Assembly: GCF_006345805.1 (NCBI RefSeq)
Contig: NW_021836169.1
Location: 1-64,000, forward strand
Reading direction: 5' to 3'
Length of the DNA: 64,000 nucleotides
Source: Octopus sinensis
Taxonomy: Eukaryota
Program-made: the position numbers and the translations under genes
Shown: one piece after another, positions 49,175 to 61,751 of the stretch
How the letters are laid out: each line of letters opens with the position of its first letter
Position numbering within the stretch: the first letter of the stretch is position 1
The notes under the pieces: generated by a model
The model's input: only the letters and a program-made list of their open reading frames with translations
What the model was told of the DNA's origin: nothing
Database searches by the model: none

Positions 49175-51623
49175 TGTATGTGTGTACATATCTATTGTGT
49201 CATTCTTTGATTCGTTTACTTGTTTCAAACAAACAGAGACACACAAATACATAAGTATTTATTTATATATATATATATGTAAACTGTGCCAGATCAGATT
49301 GTAGCCTGGCGCAGCCATCTGGCTCACCAGTCCTCAGTCAAATCGTCCAACCCATGCCAGCATGGAAAGCGGACATTAAACGATGATGATGATGATTACA
49401 TATATATATATATATATATATAAAAAAACACCATCCGAGCGTGGCCGTCTGCCAGCTCGTCTGGCAACCTGTGTCGGTGGCACATAAAATCACCCACTAC
49501 AATCTTGGAGTGGTTGGCGTTAGGAAGGGCATCCAGCTGTGTAGAAACACTGCCAGATCTGACTGGCCTGGTGTAGCCTTCGGGCTTGCCAGACCCCAGT
49601 TGAACCGTCCAACCCATGCTAGCATGGAAAGCGGACGTTAAACGATGATGATGATGATGATGATATATATAAGACGGGCTTCTTTCAGTTTCTGTCTACC
49701 AAATCCACTCACAAGGCTTTGGTTGGCCAGAGGCTATAGTAGAAGACACTTGCCCAAGATGCCACGCAGTGGGACTGAACCCGGAACCATGTGGTTGGTA
49801 AGCAAGCTTCTTACCACACAGCCACACTGCGCATATATAATGTATATACATACATATATATATGTAAATATATACATACAAACACTGATATAGAGAGAGA
49901 GATATATATAAATATAGATACAGGTGCAGGAGTGGCTGTGTGGTAAATAGCTTGCTTACCAACCACATGGTTCCGGGTTCAGTCCCACTGCGTGGCACCT
50001 TGGGCAAGTGTTTTCTACTATAGCCTCGGGCAGACCAAAGCCTTGTGAGTGGATTTGGTAGACGGAAACTGAAAGAAGCCCATCGTATATATATATGCGT
50101 GTGTGTGTTTGTGTGTCTGTGTTTGTCTCCCTAGCATTGCTTGACAACCGATGCTGGTATGTTTATGTCCCCCATTACTTAGTGGTTCGGCAAAAGAGAC
50201 CGATAGAATAAGTACTGGGCTTACAAAAAAAGAATAAGTCCCGGGGTCGAGTTGCTCGATTAAAGGCGGTGCTCCAGCATGGCCGCAGTCAAATGACTGA
50301 AACAAGTTAAAGAGTAAAAGAGTCTATCATCATCCAACATCATTGTTTAACATCCGTTTTTCCATGCTGGCATGGGTTGGACAATCTAAGCACGGCTTGG
50401 AGTCACGCACAACTCTGTTGTTTTGGCAAGGTTTCAACACCTGAATGCTCTGCCTAACGCCAGTCAATTTACACTTATACACCTGTACACACCTGTACAC
50501 ACACACACACAAGGCTTTTGGCGATGCGCTGTGCTTGAGAAGACCCACCAAGCCAAATGAAATCATTGTCGTGGCTCTTGTTGGTGGCACGTAACAAGGC
50601 CCTTTTGAATGTTGGGCCTCATGGAGGCAAGGTGGCCGGTCTTGGTGATCATCATCATTTAGCGTCCGCTTTCCATGCTAGCATGGGTTGGACGGTTCTA
50701 CTGGGGTCTGGGAAGCCCGAAGGCTGCATCAGGCCCAGTCTGATCTGGCAAGGTTTCTATGGCTGGATGCCCTTCCTAACGCCAACCACTCCGTGAGTGT
50801 AGTGGGTGCTTTTTACGTGCCACCCGCACAGGTGCCAGACGGAGCTGGCAAACGCCCACGGATGGATGGTGCTTTTTACGTGCCACCTATGTAAAAATCA
50901 CCTTTTGTGTGTTGGGCCTCACAGAGACAATCAAAAATGACCAACACCTTTGGCTACATGTTGTGCTTGGGAAGACTTAACAAGCCAAGTGAAATCATTG
51001 TCATGGTACATACTGGTGCCACGCAACTGGCACACTTGCCGCTGGTATGTAAAAGCATTAAGAAGGGCTTCCAGCCACAGAAACCATGCCAAAACAGAGT
51101 GCAGCCCCTCAGTTTACCAGCCCTGGTTAATCCATCCCACCCATGACCATGATGATGATGGTATATATATATATATATAACTTTGCCGCATACTGAACTC
51201 ATTAGAAATAGTAGCTAAACTAAAAAAATTTTTTTTAAATATTTCTAATACTTAAAGAAAACCTCTCTCATATAGTGTTTGCTCAATTCAACTCACGAAA
51301 GTATGGGGGGTAAAGACATTAAAAAATCAAATGCAAAGGTTATTTGAGAACGTACGTTTCAAGATTAGTCAACTCGACATTTCTATCATCAGCTCAGAAC
51401 TCCTTGGTTTGGCATTTTGAAAACACTGAAAGTGGGAGCATACCCTTTCGGATTCTTATCGCTTCTGAAGATCTGCTCGAAAATAACAGTGCCAGCAAAC
51501 TCAAATATGCAAGCGAAAGAATTTCTGCTCTCCCCCTTTCCACCAGGTGGGGTTTTTAAAATCAGTAAACACTATGCTTTTTTCGGTAAAATCCGCGGGC
51601 ATTAAATAGAGAGAGAGATGAAT

Positions 51624-51860
51624 TAATTTCAACAATGAGGGTAAAATAATAATTATTAATCAATTTCACCGAGTATTCAGATGCAAAGGGACCATTTAAG
51701 GCGAATTCAAATTATTACATTATAGCCCTTTTATATAAGAGCCTTACTAAGCCTTTTTATATAATGTAATAATTTGAATTCGCCTTAAATGGTCCCTTGC
51801 ATACAGAATACTTGGTGAAATTGATAATAATTATTAATTTTACCCTAATTGTTGAAATTA
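51624..51860. mobile_element. Foldback/MITE-like element with ~100-bp inverted arms
   Basis: 51624-51724 is the near reverse complement of 51760-51860, with a 35-bp spacer. Confidence 0.75.
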
Positions 51861-53711
51861 TATCTATATTATATATATATTACTCTTTTTTACTTGTTTC
51901 AGTCATTTGACTGTGGCCATGCTGGAGCACCGCCTTTAGTCGAGCACATCGACCCCATGACTTATTCTTTGTAAGCCCAGTACTTATTGTATCGGTCTCT
52001 TTTGCCGAACCGCTAAGTGACGGGGACGTAAACACACCAGCATTGGTTGTCAAGCAATGCTAGGGAGACAAACACAGACACACAAACACATACATATATA
52101 TATATACATATATACTAGGGGCTTCTTTCAGTTTCCGTCTACCAAATCCACTCACAAGGCATTGGTCGGCCCGGGGCTATAGCAGAAGACACTTACCCAA
52201 GATGCCACGCAGTGGGACTGAACTCGGAACCATGTGGTTGGTAAGCAAGCTACTTACCACACAGCCACTCCACGCCTATATATGTGGCTTCAGGAACCAA
52301 AGACATAGAGACTTATACTCGTACAGATGTACTTGTGTGTGGGTGAAGAATGGGTGATGGGGTATTGTTCAAAAGAAACCAAAGCCGGGAGAATGTTTTG
52401 TAAGTAGGGCAAGTTAGGGGGAGGAGGTAGGCAAGTGGGGGAGGTGGCCGGGTGGGAGGGGGCAAGGCAATTAGTTTTCCCTGTACACTCTTACAGGGAC
52501 ACACACACACACTCACATATATTTATGTATATGTATACATACAGACATTATATATATATATAATATATATATATGCATCTGTGTATGTATATATGTATAT
52601 ACATATATGTATGTATATATAAATATGTATGTGTATGTATACATACATATATATATATGTATACATTTGTATATATATATATATATATAAATATATATAT
52701 GTATATGTATGTGGTGGTGTGTGTGTGTGAGTGTGTATGCTTTTATTGTATTCTCTTTTTCTTTGTGTGTGCGAGTGTGTTCAAACTATATCTCAGACGC
52801 AACCCACCCATATCTACTTAACAAGTCTACCCTCGACCCCTGCCAGCCTCCACCCCGCACCCCCCTGCGCAACCTGACATCCCTACCACACCTACATCTG
52901 CACCCACCCCGTTCCCCTGCCTTCTCTATCATTTCTTGCTTGGGGGGGGTAGTCTGGGGTGGGGTGGAGTGGGGGGGTGGCGTAGGGGCTCTGCCACCCC
53001 ATTTCATGTTCTGTGGTGAGATGGGGGTATCAGGGGGTAAGAACAAGAACAATAATTTGAACAAGATGTCATCACACCCCGCCACACGGCACCCCCGACC
53101 CACACCACCCCCACCCGAATCCACACCCTGCGCCATATCAAAGCCCTCCCTCTGTAAATCTCCACCCATCCTGCCTGGCCGTGTGCATACAGACACACAC
53201 CTACATGCAATACATGCATGCCAAACAGCTCACCTATAGAGACACGTGCAAATGTGTACGCACGAGTTGTATGTATGTATAGGGACACACGGATATATCT
53301 ATAAAGATATATACTCTTTTACTTGTTTCAGTCATTTGACTGTGGCCATGCGGGAGCACCGCCTTTAGTCGAGCAAATCGACCCCGGGACTTATTCTTTT
53401 GTAAGCCAGTACTTATTCATCGGTCTCTTTTGCTGAACCGCTAAGTGACGGGGACGTAAACACACCAGCATCGTTGTCAAGCAATGCTAGGGGACAAACA
53501 CAGACCACAAACACACACATACATAATTATATATATACATATAGATATAACGACAGGCTTCTTTCAGTTTCCGTCTACCAAATCCACTCACAAGGCATTG
53601 GTGGCGGCCCGGGCTATAGTAGAAGACACTTGCCCAGATGCCCGCAGTGGGACTGAAACCGGAACAATGTGGTGGTTGGCAAGCTACTTACCACACAGCC
53701 ACTCCTGTGCC

Positions 53712-53743
<32 letters not shown>

Positions 53744-53835
53744 AACACATGAAAAGCACCATCGAAAAGTGGCCGATGCCAGTGCCCCCTCGACGGCTTC
53801 TGTGCCAGTGGCAAGTAAAAAAATATATATATATA

Positions 53836-54239
53836 TCTATATATATAAAAGTGAAGTTGTGCTGCTGTCTGTTCTCCTACGATTTAGATTCCTAACTACT
53901 CCACATTTTGTGGTGCAGTTTAACCCAAAAAAGGGTATTTATAGTCCGTGTTCATATCGAGCCCTTCTGGGTATTAGTGCGCGCGTCTACGATGAGTCTA
54001 CGATTAAAAAAAAATTTACCATCATTTTTTCCATTTTAATAATGCATTTTTTTCGCTATTATATAAGGGAAGTAACTCTCTAAAAACGTCTACGATGAGT
54101 CAACAAATTTTTTTAAAATTTACATCATTTTTTTTTCCATTTTGAATGCATTTTTTTGCTTTTTTTGGCTATAACTCTCTAAAAATGCTATATAGTTTTT
54201 TCCCTTACAAACCGAGCACAACGCGGGCGATACTGCTAG
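53836..54239 (+). mobile_element. Non-autonomous Helitron of the H2/H6 family
   Basis: A|TCTATATATATAAAAGTGAAG start; ACCGAGCACAACGCGGGCGATACTGCTAG|T end. Confidence 0.85.
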
Positions 54240-54277
54240 TATTTAATGCTAATATATATATTATATATATATATTAT

Positions 54278-54319
<42 letters not shown>

Positions 54320-55839
54320 ATATATGCATGTTTATTCTGTTTCTTTTCTCTATTTCTTTCCGATGAAGAGCATAGGCTCGACAAGTAAAATACTTTTTCA
54401 TTTTCCCACTCGTCTAACTAATATACCAGCTTGTTGTTCATACAACTGTCCTCATCTTTTGTGTTTCTATAAATTTCAATTATATAATAATCATCATCAT
54501 CATCGTTTAAACTCCATTTTCCATGCTGGCATGGGTCGGATGGTTCGACTGGGGTCTGGGAAGCCAGGAGGCTGCACCAGGCTCCAGTCTGATCTGGCAG
54601 TTTTTCTACAACTGGATGCCCTTCCTAATGCCAAATACTCCAAGAGTGTAGTGGGTGCTTTTTTTCTTATGTGCACAGGGGCCAGAGGAGGCTGGTAACA
54701 ACCACAATCAGTTGGTATTTTTTACATGCTATGGGCACAGAAGCCAGTCAAGGTGTTGCTGGCATTGGCCACATTCGAACGGTCCTTTTTACGTAAACAG
54801 GTGGTGTAGAAATCAAACAGATTTGATTTTGGTTTTGATGTACTTTACTCAATATGTATATACATATATATATATATATATAGGCATAGGAGTGGCTGTG
54901 TGGTAAGTAGCTTGTTTACCAACCACATGGTTCCGGGTTCAGTCCCGCTGCATGGCACCTTGGGCAAGTGTCTTCTACTATAGCCTCGGGTCAACCAAAG
55001 CCTTGTGAGTGGATTTGGTAGAGGCTGGAAACTGAAAGAGCCCTCGTAGTATATGTTTATATTTATCTATATATTATATGTGTGTGTGTGTGTGTGTGTG
55101 TGTTGTGGTCTGTGTTGTCCCCCCAACATCGCTTGACAAACCGATGCTGGGTGTGTTTACGTCCCTGTAACTTAGCGGTTCGCCAAAGAGAGACGATAGA
55201 ATAGTACTAGGCTTACAAGAATCAGTACCTGAGGTCGATTTGAAGTTGTAGCTTGAGCGATGCTCGCATTGACTGTTGACTGGCAAGTTGCAACTGTCAA
55301 GTAACTGCGAAACTAGGCATATATATATATATATATATATAGATATATATTATAATTACATAGTCGCCTTGATAGATCGTATTAGCCACTACACACATTT
55401 ATTTTTTCTCCTCCTTGTTTTTCTGTGTCCCTTTGTAGAAGCGCGTAGGCTCGAATTGTAAAAGACTTTTCCTTATTTTCCTGCGGTTATACTAATACAT
55501 CTGTTTGTTTTCTACACCACCTGTCTTCCTCTTTGTTTTGTCGTGGAACTCTCCCCTTCTATATATATATATATATATTAATATATAATATATATATATA
55601 TCTATATATATACAAATAGCGGGCGGGTGATACTGTACAGAATCCTAGAACCTGCACATGAGTACCATACTACATACTGAAGCACGAACTCCCACGCCAT
55701 ACTAAATAGACCCCCAGTTTATTAAGAACAGTACTACTTATTACTTAATTATCAGTGAGCAGATTGTTTTAAAAAGTATTTTTCCTATGATAACACGTCA
55801 TTTCCTAAAACATGTTTGACGTCATATGGTGTCACAGTA

Positions 55840-56078
55840 TCATTATTTACATTATTATACAATTGGACGGATATTTTGTCACTCATCTTTTTTGTTGTTA
55901 ACACAGCATTTCAGCTGATACCCTCCAGCCTTCATCAGGTGTCTGGGGAAATTTCGAACTGGGTTCTCATCCTAAGGTATTTTTCGATTGTCGTTATTAT
56001 TATTATTATTATTATTATTCAGGTCACTTTACATTGAACTCAGAATTTGGGCTTAGTAGCCCACGCTCTTAACCCCAC
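55840..56078 (-). mobile_element. tRNA-like head + (AAT)n + Penelope-like segment with a degenerate hammerhead
   Basis: Minus strand: GTGGGGTTAAGAGCGTGGGCT...GAGTTCAA, then (AAT)n, then GACAC-CTGATGA-AGGCTG..CAGCT-GAAA-TGCT-GTGTT (55943-55900). Confidence 0.5.
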
Positions 56079-56236
56079 GTGGCTCAATTATGGGGTGTGA
56101 TTTAGGGCTTATAATTTTAGGGGTTAAGAGCATGAGCTGATACTAACTCAAGATTCCGAGTTTGAGTCCAGGCAGTGACCTGGATAAAATAATATTATAA
56201 TAATAATACATGAATTATTTATTTTTTTTATACCTC

Positions 56237-56280
<44 letters not shown>

Positions 56281-57559
56281 ATCCTCATTATATATATACA
56301 CACCTATATTATTATATTTTATATATGTATGTATAAGTTGGAAATTTACGGAAAAACAAAAGACCAAGAACCACATTTATCAATTTCATTTTGATAAATC
56401 GTTTTTCGTGTAACTTTCCATGCTCTGGTATGGGTTGGACGTTTTGAACAGGGCTGGTGAACCAGAGGCTGCACCAGGACTCACTCTAATCTGGCACCAA
56501 AGCTTCTACCACTGGATGCCCTTCCTAATGCCAGCCACTTCGAGAGTGTAATGGGTGCTTTTTACGTGCCACCAGCACAAGGGCCAGTCAGGCAGTACTG
56601 GCAATGATCATGCTCAAAAGGTGTTTTTTTTTTACATATCATCATCATCATCATCATCATCGTTTAGCGTCCGTTTTCCATGCTAGCATGGGTTGGACGG
56701 TTCAACTGGGGTCTGTGAAGCCAGAAGGCTTCATCAGGCCCAGTCAGATCTGGCAGTGTTTCTACGGCTGGATGCTCTTCCTAACGCCAACCACTCCGAG
56801 AGTGTAGTGGGTGCTTTTTACGTGCCACCAACACGGGGCCAGACAGAGCTGGCAAACGGCCACGAACGGATGGTGCTTTTACGTGTCACCGGCACGGGGC
56901 CAGGCGATGCTGGCAAACGGCCACGAACGGATGGTGCTTTTACGTGTCACTGGCACGGGGGCCAGACAGAGCTAAACAACAAACAGGTGTATTAGTTTGA
57001 TGCACGGGAAGGTGAGAAAGTCCTTTACGTTTCGAGCCTATGCTCTTCATCGGAGAGGAACACGAGAAAATTATCAGAGAGAGAATGAAAAAAATTTTAG
57101 GAGCCAGCAGTCAGTGTACACATGCCTGTGGCACGTAAAAAGCATTCAGTCCACTTTGCCAGTTGGTTGGTTGGTTGGTTGGTTGGTGTGATGAAGGCGG
57201 ACGTTAAACAAAGACGATGATGATGAAAGTATACTGGTAATGTGTGAAAGGTCAGTCAGTATCCATGAAGCCATTTTCGCAGAAAAAACTGAAGTGGTTG
57301 TACAGAGAGGATAGCAAATGGCACACAACACTTCTACCATTGTTAGTGGTGTGTGTGTGTGTATGTGTGTATGATATATGTATGTGTGTGAGATACACAC
57401 ATATACATATATATCTACACACACACACACATATATACACAGATACACAAACAGGCACACACACATACAAATACACACACACATTCACATATACTCTTTA
57501 CTCTTTTACTTGTTTCAGTCAGAAATGTTAACTGATCTTTTCCACTGTGAAAGAGTGTA

Positions 57560-58530
57560 TACGAAGTCTGATCAATAAGTATCTTGACTGGTGCCTTTGT
57601 GGCGGAACTAAAGCACGCAAACTGAAATCACTTGGTAAAAATTGACCTTGGACTCTTCTGTGTATGTACGGTAAGTTTTAAGGTTCTAGCTCACTTCTGC
57701 TGTTTACAGCAATGCTTGGAAGGAAGGTGTGTAGCGTGTGATCATCACGTTGCCCATCACAGAGAAAGTTGCAGAAAGAGTATGGAGAGGAGTGTGGAGT
57801 GGTGGAGGCACTCCGTCGGTTACGACGACGAGGGTTTGGTTGATCCGAAATCAATGGAACAGCCTGCTCGTGAAATTAACGTGTAAGTGGCTGAGCACTC
57901 CACAGACACGTGTACCCTTAACGTAGTTCTCGGGGATATTCAGCGTGACACAGAGAGTGACAAGGCCGGCCCCTTGAAATACAGGTACAACAGAAACAGG
58001 AAGTAAGAGTGAGAGAAAGTTGTGGTGAAAGAGTACAGCAGGGATCACCACCATCCCTGCTGGAGTCTCGTGGAGCTTTTAGGTGTTTTCGCTCAATAAA
58101 CACACATAACGCCCGGTCTGGGAATAGAAACCGCGATCCTGCGACCGTGAGTCCGCTGCCCTAACCACTGGGCCATTGCGGAGAGGAGTGTATGAGCCAC
58201 ACACAATAGTATGAGTGGTTCAGACGTTTTCAAGTCGGCCCCAAAAATGTCGATATTGATGAACGTTCTGGGAGACCCACAACCAGCAGAACTGAGGAAA
58301 ACATCACAGATGTGTGTGTCACTGTGACAGGAAATCGTCAAATCACCATCTGTGGGTTATCAGAGGATGTGAAGATTAATTATTGTTCAGTCCATTATCA
58401 CTGAAAATTTGGGTATGAGATGCGAGTCTGCCAAAGTTTGTGCCAAAACTGCTTTCAGCCAACCAAAACGACACTCAGGGTTTCATTCTGTTCTCCAAGA
58501 TCTTCTTGACTGTTGAGAATGATGGAAACT
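57560..58530 (+). mobile_element. Mariner 5' end and transposase N-terminal remnant, interrupted by SINE B
   Basis: TA|TACGAAGTCTGATCAATAAGT TIR-like start. After the SINE: YEWFRRFKS...DERSGRPTTSRTEENI...FVPKLL (~58437-58454). Confidence 0.8.
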
Positions 58531-58939
58531 GTTTGAAATCTTTGGGTAGGCCTTTCAGCAGGTATCACCAAGCTTTTGGCAAAATCTGATGCAGATATTT
58601 GCCAGCCCCGCCTGGCCCCCGTGCCGGTGGCACGTAAAAGCACCATCCATTCGTGGCCATTGCCAGCCTCGCCTGGCCCTGTGCCGGTGGCACATAAAAC
58701 CACCATCCATCCGTGGCCGTTTGCCAGCTCCATCTGGCACCTGTGCGGGTGGCACGTAAAAAGCACCCACTACACTCACGGAGTGGTTGGCGTTAGGAAG
58801 GGCATCCAGCCGTAGAAACACTGCCAGATCTGACTGGGCCTGGTGCAGCCTTCGGGCTTCCCAGACCCCAGTTGAACCGTCCAAGCCATGCTAGCATGGA
58901 AAGCAGACGCTAAATGATGATGATGATGATGATGATGAA

Positions 58940-59148
58940 TCTCTGCTCAACTTTCTGTCACGGTCGATCACACACTACACACCTTCCTTCCAAGCACTGC
59001 TGTAAACAGCATAAGTGAGCTAAAAACGTTAAAACTTAGTGTGCATGCACAGCAGAGTTCAAGGTCAATCTTTGCCAAGCAGCTTCACTCTGCGTGCTTT
59101 AGCCTTGTTACTATGGCAACAGTCCGTATACCTATTGATCAGACCACA
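58940..59148 (-). mobile_element. Second mariner 5' end, inverted relative to 57560
   Basis: Its reverse complement aligns with 57560-57780 (GGTCTGATCAATA...GCTTGGAAGGAAGGTGT...ACAGAAAGTTG), about three-quarters identical by eye. Confidence 0.75.
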
Positions 59149-59849
59149 CGCACACACACACACACACACATATATATATACTTTTTACTCTTTTACTTGT
59201 TTCAGTCATTTGACTGTGGCCATGCTGGAGCATTGCCTTTAGTCGAGCACATCGACCCCAGGACTTATTCTTTGTAAGCCCAGTACTTATTCTATCGGTC
59301 TCTTTTGCCAAACCACTAAGTGACAGGGACATAAACACACCAGCATCGGTTGTCAAGCAATGCTAGGGGGACAAAAACAGACACACGGACACACACACGC
59401 ATACATATATATATATATATATTATATATATATATATATATATACACATATATACGACGGGCTTCTTTCAGTTTCCGTCTACCAAATCCACTCACAAGGC
59501 TTTGGTCGGCCCGAGGCTATAGTAGAAGACACTAGCCCAAGGTGCCACGCAGTGGGACTGAACCCGGAACCATGTGGTTTGTTAGCAAGCTACTTACCAC
59601 ACAGCCACTCCTGCGCCTATATTGTAAATATTTGAATTAATTTTTACAATCCAGCCGTCCTTTCATACGGAATTTCGTCTAACTTTAAACCATGACCCTG
59701 AAGTAACTTATATATATAAGAGAAGTATTATTGTGTGTATATATATATATATATCAGAAAATGTATATAAGTTGAAACAATTTGTTGGCCTTTTATGGGT
59801 TTTTAAAAATAATTGCTTATGTTATATAATATTAGGATTACACCTAGAA

Positions 59850-60120
59850 AGTTACCCTCCTAGACACAAGCCTGGGCAAGGTTGTTTATGGAAGACCAGC
59901 AGTCGCCCATGCATACTGGTCTCCCCTCTCCATGCCACCAGTGTTATCCAAGGGAAAAGCAAAGGGGCCGATACAGCTTGGCACCAGAGACGTCGCAACT
60001 CATTTCTACAGCTGAGTGAACTGGAGCAACGTGAAATAAAGTGTCTTGCTCAAGGACACAACATGCAGCCCGGTCCAAGAATCGAACTCACAACCTCACG
60101 ATCGTAAGCTCAATGCTCTT
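59850..60120 (-). mobile_element. tRNA-derived SINE (family F)
   Basis: Minus strand: GTGAGTTCGATTC...GTGTCCTTGAGCAAGACACTT...CAGCTGTAGAAATGAG. A decayed + strand copy lies near 34480-34650. Confidence 0.7.
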
Positions 60121-60258
60121 ACAAAGAGGGAATGAGAGGGATAGAGAGGGAGGTAAGGATGGATATGCATATATACGTATGTATAAATGTGAATATATGT
60201 AAATATATATATACATATATATATATATATCAATAAAATTGAATAGAAGATCTGAATA

Positions 60259-60304
60259 CCACCTGATGAATGTCCTTAGAAGAGACACGAAACAATTGTA
60301 GTGG
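60259..60304 (+). ncRNA. Minimal type I hammerhead ribozyme motif (Penelope-type)
   Basis: CCAC-CTGATGA-ATGTC(CTTAGAAGA)GACAC-GAAAC-AATT-GTA-GTGG: stem I CCAC/GTGG, intact core, palindromic AATT in stem III, GUA triplet. Confidence 0.7.
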
Positions 60305-60419
60305 CGAATTTAATTTTATTTAAGTTATATAAAATTTTTTATGTATTGGATTAAGTCTTCTTTGTTTGATTTGCATAATAGTGGTTTTGTCTCTAATTAT
60401 ATTATATATATATATATAT

Positions 60420-60479
<60 letters not shown>

Positions 60480-60615
60480 TTATATATATATACCGGAGTA
60501 AACACATAAATGTGAAACATGGTGGAAAAAAGAGTACTCAAATACCAGGGGTAGAGTAATATGCTTTATTTAAATAAAGTATATATATATATATATATAT
60601 ATAGTTATGTATATA

Positions 60616-61390
60616 CAGGGTGCGATAGGTAAATTGTTGCCATTTTATATTTTTAATTTCGTGCATCTGCATTGTTTATTTCTGATTTTGTTGACTACAC
60701 AGTTTAGTAGGGTCAGTTGGGCACCATCTGTGAGAAAAACAGCACCATCACTCTGCCAGAAATTTGGGAACCACATGGTGTGCTGCTTTGTATTTGCACT
60801 GGAAGCTCCAAATCAAATGTCCAGTCAGCAACATGATGTGTGGCGTGGTCACTAGTGATGGTGATGTTATGCCTCCATTCATCAGACCTACATCAAATGC
60901 CTGGAGGAGGTTGTGCTGCCCTGGGTCAAGAGGGTGGTTGCTGGAAGACCTTATGTCTGGCAACAGGACTCTGCACCATGCCACACAAGCAGGAGAACCC
61001 AGTCATGGCTGTCAGACGATTCATGCAACCACATCACCCTTAACATCTGGCGACCTAACTCCCTTGACTGCAACCCCACTTGATTATTATATGTGGGGCA
61101 CAGCTGAGCAAGAGACCAACAAAACTCCTTGTAACACCAAATATGTACCCTAAGGCAAGGATTATGGCTGTATTCACCAACTTAAACAAGGAAACCATGC
61201 AGAAGAGTTGCAGGAGATTCCGAAGTCGTCTGGGAGGCCGTGGTTGGAGCCAATGGCGATTTTATTGAATAAATTTACTCTTTAGTATTTCAAGATATTT
61301 TTATGCAATTTTGGGAAATATATCTGTTAAAATGAAAAGTCAGTGTTATTTTCATTTTAGCATAGTTTAGGCAAGAGTTTATTCAAAACA
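60616..61390 (+). mobile_element. Internally deleted maT (DD37D) transposon
   Basis: TA|CAGGGTGCGATAGGTAAATTGTTGCC TIR. GVVTSDGDVMPP...VWQQDSAPCH...WRPNSLDCNPLDYY gives 37 residues D-to-D after correcting one +1 frameshift. The right TIR is decayed at ~61370-61390. Confidence 0.85.
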
Positions 61391-61621
61391 CCACATGGTT
61401 CCGGGTTCAATCCCACTGTGTGGCACCTTGGGCAAGTGTCTTCTGCTATAGCCCTGGGCTGGCCAATGCCTTGTGAGTGGATTTGGTAGACGGAAACTGA
61501 AAGAAGCCCATCGTATATATGTATGTATATATATATATAAATATATATATATGTAGGTCCCGGGTTGAGTCGGGGTTAACCACAGTAAATAAGGTACTCA
61601 ATAGATAGCAGAGTAAATTAA

Positions 61622-61751
61622 TTTATTTTATAGAAGGAGCTTCTACAGGACTAGAACTGTTTCATTCAAATGAAATCATCAGGAAGCTTCCTGATGATTT
61701 CTTTTGAATGAAACAGTTCTAGTCCTGTAGAAGCTCCTTCTATAAAATAAA
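61622..61751. ncRNA. 130-bp palindrome containing two back-to-back hammerhead motifs
   Basis: Centre AAGCTT (61684-61689), one mismatch in 65 pairs. + strand: AGCTTC-CTGATGA-TTTCTTTTGAAT-GAAACAG-TTCTAGTC-CTGTA-GAAGCT. Confidence 0.7.
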
